DNA from: Cyanophora paradoxa CCMP329
Lineage: Eukaryota > Plantae > Glaucophyta
Direction: 5' to 3'
Length of the DNA: 64,000 nt
Assembly (NCBI GenBank): GCA_004431415.1
Contig: QPMI01000627.1
Coordinates: 62,001 to 126,000 of the forward strand
Part shown: positions 38,393 to 47,184 of the stretch, piece by piece
Layout of the letters: each line of letters starts with the position of its first letter
How positions within the stretch are numbered: position 1 is the first letter of the stretch
The notes under the pieces: generated by a model
What the model saw: only the letters and a program-made list of their open reading frames with translations
Databases searched by the model: none
What the model was told of the DNA's origin: nothing
Program-made: the position numbers and the translations under genes

Positions 38393-38616
38393 GCCCCGGC
38401 GGACCCGACCTTACTCCGATTTAATTGCAAAAAGATCCTACAAATGCATCGGCGCCGGCGCGCCCCTACATCTCGAGCCAGGCGCTCTCCTCCTCCGCCG
38501 CGGGCGCCCCCGGCGGACTCGACCTTACTCCGATCTAATTGCGAAAAGATCCTACAAATGCATCGGCGCCGGCGCGCCCCTACATCTCGAGCCAGGCGCT
38601 CTCCTCCTCCGCCGCG
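38393..38616. repeat. ~120-bp tandem duplication of the Trx-B stop codon and proximal 3' UTR
   Basis: gaccttactccgat..aattgc..aaagatcctacaaatgcatcggcgccggcgcgcccctacatctcgagccaggcgctctcctcctccgccgcgg occurs twice. Confidence 0.85.
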
Positions 38617-41600
38617 GCGCCCTCTTCTTCACCGCCGCGGCAGAAGTCCGCCTCGTGGCCCGCCGCCGCGAAGGACGCCTCCGCGACGCCCTCGGCCAGC
38701 GCCGCGCCCCCCTCCTCCTCCTTCTCGCCCTCGTCCTCCTCCTTGGCGCCGCCCGAGCGCAGACCCTCGAGCCGCTGCGGAACAGAACAGCTTAGGAAGG
38801 CCGCGGCCGGAAGAGCTGCTCGGCGAATTCGAATTCGAATCGGTGACTCACGATGTCGGCGAAGTCGCGGAGGGCGTCCGCCGTGCGCATGTCGTCGAAG
38901 CGCTCCGCGTCGTACTGGCCCCGCGCCGCCATCCGATGATCAGATAGAGCTCAGGAGCTCAGGAGACGCGATAGAAGCAGTCTCAGGAGCTCAGGAGACG
39001 CGATAGAAGCAGCCTCGGGCTTTTCTGAGCTAAGAGGCGCGTCCCGGTCCGGCGAAGGATAGAGGGGGGTACGCCCTAACAGAGCGCGGCGCGCGCGGGT
39101 CCCACCTTGTTGTCGATCACGTCAGGCGTCTTCTTCGTGAGGAACACAACGTAGGGCACCCTAGTTCAGGGCACCGGTCAGGGGCCTCGCCCCGGGGGAG
39201 GGGGGGGTACGGGAAGCGCACCCGTCGATGGGGTACCCCGCCAGCTCGCCGATCTGGTGCTCCACGGAGTTGATCCTGCCCGCCCCCCGTCCGTCGGGGC
39301 CGGGGCACGGATCGGGGGCGAGGGCCCGGTCGGTTGGAGAAGCCCCCCTCTCCCTTCTTTCTACAGCTATGCCTTGCTCCGACCCCCGGGCCCCGGGCGG
39401 GGCGGGAGACTCTGAGTGCAAGGGCGCGCCTGGCGACGGGGATCTTGCCGGCGACCTCGCGGGCGTAGTCCTCGTACTCCGGCGCGAACTTGTTGCAGTG
39501 GCCTGCGCACCGCCCGCCCGCTCAGAGGCTGGCTACAGGGCGCGCGGCGGTCCGGGGCGCGGGCCGCACCGCACTCAGTCCAGTACGCCTCCACGAACAT
39601 CGCGTCTGCGGGGCGGGCCCCGGGGCGCAGGCGCCGATCAGGGGGGGCGGAACCCCGGGGAGAAGGGGGTCGGTGGGGCCAAGAGGAGGTCGGGCCCGAG
39701 GCGAAGAGAGATGCGGGGGTAGGGACAGTGGCTTGGGAAGGAGGCGATCGGGCGGGGCAAGGGCGCGAGGGGCGGGGGAGGAGGGCGGGCCCCGGCGGGC
39801 GAAGCGAAGGGGGGCGGTTGGCAGGGGAACGAGTGAAAGGAGCGGGAGGCGGGGGAGGCGGGGCGGGGCGGGGCGGGGCTAGCGATGGGGCTCGAGCCCA
39901 GCTTGCTAGCCCGAGCCGGGCTCGAGCCGGCACCCCTCGAGCCGCGCGCCCCGGCTCGAGCCCCGTCTCTAGCTGGCCCCGCCCGGGCGGGCGCACCGCC
40001 GGGGAGCCTGCCCTCCTCCTGCGCCGCGATGAGCGCTTCCAGATCCGCCGCGCTCCCCAGCTCGATCACCTGAGCGCTGAGAGCTCAGCCGGGGCCTTGG
40101 AAGGGGGCTGGAGGGGAGGTGGGGGGGAGGCGGGTGGGTGGGAGGGAGGGGAGGGCCGCGCCCGGCCTCCGCCTCCGTTGAGAGCTCAACCGTGGCTTTT
40201 GGAAGAGCGTGGGAAGGAGGCGGGTGGGAGCGCCCGTCCGGCCTTGTCGTCGTCGCCGTCTAGTACTAATAGAAGTCTAAGGTTCTCTCTAGCGTGTCCC
40301 CCGAATAAACGAGAGCGCGCGCCCGCCCCGCCTCGACGGCGGCCTTCGCCTCCTCGATGTCGATCGTGGCCCCCCGCGCCGCCGCCTCGCTCGCCGTCTT
40401 CTCCTTCTGCGGGGGCGCGTCGGTTGGCGGTGTTGGAGCGCCTCTCCCTCTTATTCTCCAGGGCCGCTCTTCCCTGACAGACGCAGATCTCGAAACGCGT
40501 CTCTCCCATCTTTGGACGCGCGGAAAGCGTCTATGAGGGATCCCACTCGACGCGGCTAAGCTGGCGCTAGTTCTCCCCGCTACTATCCCAGAGGGGCGGG
40601 CGGGCGGGCGGGCGGGCGGGGCGCACGGCAGGGGCGCGGCGGTCGATGCCGCAGTTCTCGGCGATGTACTCCTTCAGCCCGTCGACCGTCCGGTCCCCCA
40701 GGTACTCTGTACCCCGCCCCGCCGCGCGCGTCTCAGTGGGGCGGCCTGAGGGGCGGGGCGCGGCGGGGCAGGGCGGCGGAGGCGGCGTGGAGAGCTAGAT
40801 AGCTAGCAATCGGGGGTGGCAGAGGCAGCGGCGACCGGCGGCGGCGGCGCACCCTCGGTGTCGAACTTGTAGTCGACCTCCCCCGGGGTTTTCTGGCGTC
40901 CTCCTTCGGCCCGAGGTGGGCGGGCAGCGCGGGGGGTACCGGCGCACCTTCTCCAGGAAGACGAACGAGGGGTACCCGTGGATGTCCTGGCCCCCGATGG
41001 TCGCGATGCCGGCCTCTGCGGCGTCTGCGGCCGCCCGCCCGGGCGAGCGCCCGTCAGCGCTCCGCCGCCCGCCTACCCGCCCGCCCCAGAGAGGTCGCAC
41101 CGATGCGAGCGATGACCATCTGCGGTGGGGCGGGGCGGGGCGGGGCGGGGCGGGGCGGGGCGGGGCGGGGCGGGGCGGGACGGCGCGTCAGCGCGGGCGA
41201 GGCTTGGCGGGCGAAGACACCGCGCGCAGGGGCGCTAGCTTTTACCGGCGAGCCCCTATGAATCGCGGCCAGCTAGCTACGGCGCGGGCGGGGCCGCAGT
41301 GCGCCCGAGCACCTTGCCCTTGACGCCGTCGGCGGCTGCCAGGCCCTCGTACACGGGCTTTGCCTTCATGCAGTGCCTGCACCAGGAAGCGTAGCCCTCG
41401 ACCATCAGGCAGTCTGCGGCCCCGCCGCTAAGCCGCGGAGCCGAAGCTTTCCGAAGTTCGCGGCGCCAACGGACGCCGGGTTCAAGCCGGCGCTCTAGCT
41501 GAGGGCGCCGGGCGCACCGCCGGGGAGCTCTCCGTCCTCAACCGCGACGAGTAGGTCCTCCAGCTCCTGCAGGCGAGTCAGCAGCGGCGGCTGGCGCGAG

Positions 41601-41707
41601 CCGAAGTTGCGGCGCGCCTCGTTACTCTTCAGCTCGATGACGCGGCCCTCCTCGACGGCGCGCTTCGCCGCCGGCACATCGAAGTCTGTCAGCGGCTCCG
41701 ACGACAT
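38580..41707 (-). CDS. Two-domain thioredoxin/PDI-like protein, copy B (intact); no signal peptide or KDEL
   Basis: Spliced: MSSEPLTDF..VIELKSNEELEDLL..LPGDCLMVEGYASWCRHCMKAKPVYE..MVIARIDAAE..IHGYPSFVFLEK..EYLGDRTVDGLKEYI..VIELGSAADLEAL..LPGDAMFVEAYWTECGHCNKFAPEYE..IPVARINSVE..IDGVPYVVF..RTADALRDF..acidic tail SAWLEM*. Confidence 0.85.
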
Positions 41708-42010
41708 AGCGGCTGCGGGCGCGGCGGGCGCGGCGGTTAGCTCGAATTCGAAGTGCTTATACCGTGGCTGCTAGCTCGGCGCACCGTGGCACCGGCAGCG
41801 AGCACGAGGGCGAGCAAGGGTCACTCGGGGGGTAGAGGCGATGGGCCAGCTTGCAACACCGGGGTCGTAAAAGGCAACAATACTTGGAACGTCGCCGTAT
41901 AATTCCGCGTAAAACGCCACGGGTAATATAATTCCACGCTCGTAAAAAGCCGCGGCTAAGGAGCTGTTCAGTCAGACGTTTAGGCAGTCAGCAGAGAAGC
42001 TAGAGTAGAG
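41708..42010. promoter_or_regulatory. Putative bidirectional promoter between thioredoxin-B and SbtA-B
   Basis: 303 bp between divergent ATGs; AT-richer than flanks; CGTAAAA at 41866, 41908 and 41941; TATAATTCC at 41898 and 41927. Confidence 0.6.
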
Positions 42011-44136
42011 ATGGCGTTCGTCGTTCCGACCCCGTCCCACGCCGCGTCGACCCAGGCCGCGCCGGTCCTCCGGGCCGCGCGCGTCGCCGTCCAGCCGCGC
42101 GCGACCGGCCTCACCAGCCGCAAGGTCGTCCTAGGCCGCTCTTTCCTCGCCGGCGAGGCCGTCAGCAAGTGCGTGCCCGCTCCGCCGCGCCCGGGGACCA
42201 GCCTAGGCGAACCCGGGCTGGAGCGTCGCGGCCGTCGCGCGCCGGATCGGGGCCGTCGCGCGCGCGTACGCGACCCTTGGCCGCTTCTCTAGACGTCGAC
42301 GGAGCGTCGACGCGCGCCTACGGCCCGCCGCGCCCTCCCGGCCCCGCGCGCCGCTTCGGGGCCCGTACGTATACGCGGGCGGGAGGCTGACGCGGGTCGC
42401 GCGCAGGAAGTCGGTGCTCTCGGCCCCGGCCCAGCGCTTCCTCAGCACCATCCAGGCGAGCGGCAATGGTGCGCCGGCCGAGCGGCGTCGCGCGCGCGCG
42501 CGCGGGGCCGGGACGGGGCTAATGATTGCCTCCCTGGGCAGCGCCGGCGGGCCTCGAGATCCCGTCGATGACGGGCGCGGCGTCCAAGTTCCTGGACGTG
42601 AACACGCTCTCGAGCCTCTCGGCGGCGGCGGAGAAGACCGTCGCGCAGTCGCTGACCCTCGCCGCGGACGCGCCGGCGTCGCAGGCCGCCCTCGCGGCCG
42701 CCAACCTCAAGTCGCCTGCCGTCCTGGTGCGCAGCGCCGCCGGCCGCCCGGCGCCGCGCCGCGCCTTGCCGGGGCCGACGCGGGGCCGGGGGCAGGCGTT
42801 CTTCCTCGGCGCGATTGCGGCCTTCGTCCGCTCGGACCTCTCCTTCCCCGCCGGCTACCAGTCGTCCATCTCCATCTACCTCCTCCTCGCCCTCGGCCTC
42901 AAGGGTGGCGTCGCCGTCGCCAACGGTGCCCCCCGCCCCGCCCCTGCCCCTCGACGCCGGCGCTGACGGGCCGCGCGCGCGCAGTGGCGGACCTGTCGAC
43001 GCTGGCGGGCCCGGCGTTCGGCACGCTGCTGCTCGGCTGCATCGCCCCGGCGTGGACCTTCTTCGTCCTCAAGAACTGGCTCAAGCTCTCCCTCGAGGAC
43101 GCCTGCGGTCCGCCCCGCCCCTGCCCTTACCCCGCCCCGCGCCGTACCCCCGCTGAGGCGCGCGCGCAGCGATGGCGGCCCACTACGCGTCGACGTCGGC
43201 CGTGACGTTCATCGCGTCGCTCACGTTCATGGAGCTGAACAAGGTCTCCGTCGAGGGGTACATGCCCGCCCTCCTCACCCTCCTCGAGATCCCCGGTCCG
43301 CCCCCGCCGCATCCCCCGCGCGTTCGGCGCTCGTCTGACGCGGGGCGGCAGGCATCATCATCGCGCTGCTGACGTACGCGTACCTCAAGGGCGAGCCGGA
43401 GGATGAGGACGTGTCCGAGAAGGAGTACGTCCCGCGCCCCGTCGAGTCGCTCTCCCCGGGCCCCCTCGTCTCCATGGACGCCAAGTCTGAGCAGGCCCGC
43501 CCCGCCCCCCCCCCCCCCCCCCCCCCCCGGCCCGCCTTGGCCGCGGCTGACTCGGCCCCCCCTCAGGTGATGATTGGGGACCAGGCGACCGGAGCGGCGG
43601 CCGCGTCGGAGGAGAAGAAGACGTCGTCGTCGGAGCGCCTCAAGGAGGCCATCGCTGACGTGCTCTACGGCAAGTCGATCATCCTGCTCATCGGCGGCCT
43701 CATCATCGGCTGGGTCTGCGGCGAGGAGGGCTTCAAGAAGGTCTCGCCCTTCTTCGTGCAGCCCTTCCAGGGCATCCTCCTCATGTTCCTGCTCGAGCTC
43801 GGCCTCATCGCCGGCAACCGCTTCCGCGACTTCCTCTCGGTCGGCCCCTCGCTCGCCGTCTTCGCCATCCTGGCGCCCATCATCAACGGCTCGCTCGGCG
43901 TCTTGATCGGCCACCAGTTCGGCCTCTCGGTCGGCGGCTCCACCGTCCTCGCCGCCCTCGCCGCCTCGGCCTCGTACATCGCGGCGCCGGCGGCCGTCCG
44001 CATCGCCATCCCCGACGCCAACCCCTCGTACTACGTCACCACCTCGCTCGCCATCACCTTCCCCTTCAACATCACCATCGGCATCCCCCTCTACTACGCC
44101 CTCGCCCAGGCCGTCTTCAACAGCGGCGCCGCATAA
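42011..44136 (+). CDS. sbtA: SbtA-family sodium-dependent bicarbonate transporter with plastid transit peptide, copy B (8 exons)
   Basis: Inverted, near-identical copy of 27634-29739 with the same seven introns (last has a GC donor at 43495). C-terminus VFNSGAA versus VFNTGAA in copy A. Confidence 0.92.
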
Positions 44137-44429
44137 GCGGCCCCCCTCGAAATCCCCGCGTCTCTGCCATTCTCCCTCCCCCCTCGCCCTGTCCTCGCCC
44201 CTAGTGCCAATGCGTTTCATCGATCCGACACGCGACATCGATCCCGTATAATCTCTTTGCCCTCGTCCAGCCAGGCGACAGCTGCAGAGGGTTTTTGTGT
44301 AGAGTAATGTAGCGTACTGTCCTAGCCCGCCTCTGCAGCCGTAGCCGGGCTTTTGTATGAGTAGTGGAACCGTAATTTATGAGAACTTTTTCAGTCTGAG
44401 CCGGGGATGAGTTCGGGGCCTCAGGGCCG

Positions 44430-44870
44430 GGAACGCGGAATCGACGCGTTGGAATGGGAGAGGGAGGGACTAGGTGCGTTGCAATTGGTAGGACTGGAAT
44501 GGCGCAGAGAAGGCGCCGGCGTCGACAGTGGCGCGACGTCAGCGCGGAACGCGGAATCGACGCGTTGGAATGGGAGAGGGAGGGACTAGGTGCGTTGCAA
44601 TTGGTAGGACTGGAATGGCGCAGAGAAGGCGCCGGCGTCGACAGTGGCGCGGCGTCAGCGCGGAACGCGGAATCGACGCGTTGGAATGGGAGAGGGAGGG
44701 ACTAGGTGCGTTGCAATTGGTAGGACTGGAATGGCGCAGAGAAGGCGCCGGCGTCGACAGTGGCGCGGCGTCAGCGCGGAACGCGGAATCGACGCGTTGG
44801 AATGGGAGAGGGAGGGACTGAGTGCGTTGGTGGGACTTGAATGGACCAGAGCAGGCGCCGGCGTTAGCGC
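44430..44870. repeat. 116-bp tandem repeat (~3.7 copies) between the convergent SbtA-B and TPGS2 3' ends
   Basis: Unit ggaacgcggaatcgacgcgttggaatgggagagggagggactaggtgcgttgcaattggtaggactggaatggcgcagagaaggcgccggcgtcgacagtggcgcggcgtcagcgc. Confidence 0.95.
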
Positions 44871-45941
44871 GGGCCGATTGGGGCGGAGCTGGGCCGCTGC
44901 CGCGAGGCGGAGGCCGGGCGCTGCGGGGCCGGCGGCGGCGTCGGCTCGCCGGCGGCGGCCGCGGCGAAGGCGGCGCCGGCCTGCGCCAGCGCGCTTCGGA
45001 AGACGCTCTGCTGGCTCCTGGGACGCCCGGCCGAGGCCGAGGCGGGGCGCGCCCCGCGGCGGCGGCTGTTCGCGGCGGGCCGGCGGCCCCACGGCGGCGG
45101 CGGGCGCGGCCGAAGTCACTCTGCGAACGTCCAAGGCGAGCCTTATGAGCCTTAAACAACCAGAACCTAGGTCCCTTAAGGAGCCATTTAAGCTTTTTTG
45201 GGTCCTTTGAGCCTTTGGAAGGGGCCGCGCGCGTGCGCACTCGCGGTCGATGGCGGCGAGGTCGATGCGGGAGCTGGCGGCCGGGGAGGAGGGCGCCGGG
45301 GGCGACGAGGAGCCGCCCGACGCTAGCGCTGCCGAAGCCGACGCAGACGCCGGCGCGCGCGCCTGCTCGGTCTGTAAGAGGAGGCGCGGCCAAGAGCGGG
45401 GCGAGTCGTAACGACGAGTTTCAGAGTTTAGATCCTGTTAGAGCGGAGCGAGGGAGGGAGGGAGGGAGGGGGGGGGGGGGGGAGGGGGGAAGGGGGGGAG
45501 GGGGGGGAGGGGGGAGGGGGGAGGGGGGAGGAGGACCTGGCGCGCCCGGCTCCGCTCCTCGCGGCGACTATTAGAGGGAGGGACTATAAGAGACTATTTA
45601 AGAGGCTGTTAAGAGCTACTAGAGCTATTTAAGAGGCCCAGAATAGTAGGCCTGAATCACCTGACGGGCCCGCCTCCGCTCCTCGCGGCGCCTTGAGTTC
45701 TCCTGGTCGATCGCGAGCCGCTCGGGGGCGAGGAAGCGGAACCATTGCTGCGGGCCGGGGGCGGTCGGCCGCGGGGCACGGGGGGTACCGCCCCATTCGC
45801 TTAGAGCGGGCGAGCAAGGCTCAGCCCCCGTTCACAAGCCCCGCCCAGCGCCGGCGCCGCCCGCCTTACCTGCGTCGCGGGATCCAGCCCCACGTCCTGT
45901 CGACGAGGCCGCCGGTCAGTTAACGTTCGCCCCCCGGGGAA

Positions 45942-45983
<42 letters not shown>

Positions 45984-47184
45984 GCGTGCCGTGAACGCGT
46001 ACTGCGATCGAAGAAGAAGAACTTCAGTTCAAGAAATCAAAAAGGGGGGTACTTCTACGCTACGTTCGCGCCTGCCAGTGGGGTACGCCGAGGTGCATGA
46101 GGAGGAGGCGGAAGTAGTCCGTGAACGAGGCAGCGATGAAGTGCCAGGCCCCAGCCGCGTCCTGGAACCGAACCTGCAAGCGAAGCAAGACGGGGCGAAA
46201 TGTCAGGCTGCGTAGCGTAGAGCTCTTGTTACTTTTCGAGTCCGGCTGCGGACCTGGGGCGGGCGCCGCCGGAAGGCGTCTGGATAGAAGAGAGCCACGC
46301 GGCCGCCCACGCAGCGGCTGAGGCGAGAGGTGGAGCGGGGCGCGTCAGGGGGTAGTGTGTTTTCGGGGGGGTACGGGCGCGCCTGTCAAGATCGAAGGCG
46401 CGGAGAGGCCCCGAGCAGTGGCGGTAGCGGCCCGTGCAGAGGTTGAGGGACCTGTGGGCGCGGGTTCGGGTCCGGGCGGGGCCTAAACCAGCCGCGGCGC
46501 GGCGCACGCGGCGGGGTCGTCGAAGTCGAGCGAGGCGGTCGCGTCGGGGGCCTCCAGGTCGCCCGCGGGCTCAAGTCCGATTGGCGCCACCTTCGAGTTT
46601 CAAAATTCAAAGCGGGGCGCGCCGCTCGGGCGCCGCGGCGCTTTCTGGGGGTGAGTGGTACCTTGTCTATCGGGTTCAGGTGCATGCAGCCCAGCGGCAC
46701 GGTTTCGCCTGCGGCCGCGCGGCGCCCGGGCTCGGGCTCAGGCGCCCGGGCGCTCGGGAGGCGCGTCGCGGGGACCGCCGCGCACACGCACCGCCGAAGT
46801 CGACGCTCCAGCGCAGCAGAAGCCCGTCTGAAATCTGCAAGAAGCTCTTGTAGTCGTCGGGGAGCACCGCCGGCGCGTTCGCCTGCAGCGCGCCGCAGCG
46901 GGCTCGGAGGAATCCGGGCGCGGCAAGCAGCGCCGGCCGACGCGTTCGCTGGCACCTGCTCCCACTTCGCAATGTCGCGCGCGGCCGCTCCGGGGCGCTC
47001 CACGAACTCGACGCCTTTCACGCCCGGGTGCTTCTCTGCTCCGATCGATATCCGCGGCTCACGATCAGGGCTGAGCAAGATCACGCTCAGCACGGCACGC
47101 GCCTAGATACGAGATGACGCTCAGCGAGATGGTCTCAAAGATGTCCCGGATGCTGCTCTTCTTCGAATTCGTCCCGCCCTCCAT
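44864..47184 (-). CDS. TPGS2: Tubulin polyglutamylase complex subunit 2 (SMI1/KNR4-like); 3' end approximate
   Basis: ISLSVISYLEKHPGVKGVEF..IAKWEQ..LPDDYKSFLQISDGLLLRW..VPLGCMHLN..AFDLD..GRVAL..VWFQDAAGAWHFIAASFTDYFRLLLMHLGVPHWQYAFT..WFRFLAP matches the TPGS2 pattern as I recall it. Confidence 0.85.

Noticed and set aside
27634-44136. Bacterial contaminant or prokaryotic sbtAB operon
   Set aside because: Both sbtA copies have spliceosomal introns, a transit peptide and host-like codon usage; no PII/SbtB-like sequence was recognisable nearby.
44430-44870. CRISPR array or second microexon array
   Set aside because: No spacers. The candidate AG..GT segment on the minus strand is 23 nt (not frame-preserving) with a weak donor, so it is treated as a plain minisatellite.
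45440-45980. Poly-G tracts as functional G-quadruplex elements (also ~26985 and ~49735)
   Set aside because: Homopolymer runs in introns or intergenic DNA of a GC-rich genome; length is unreliable in assemblies and there is no independent support.
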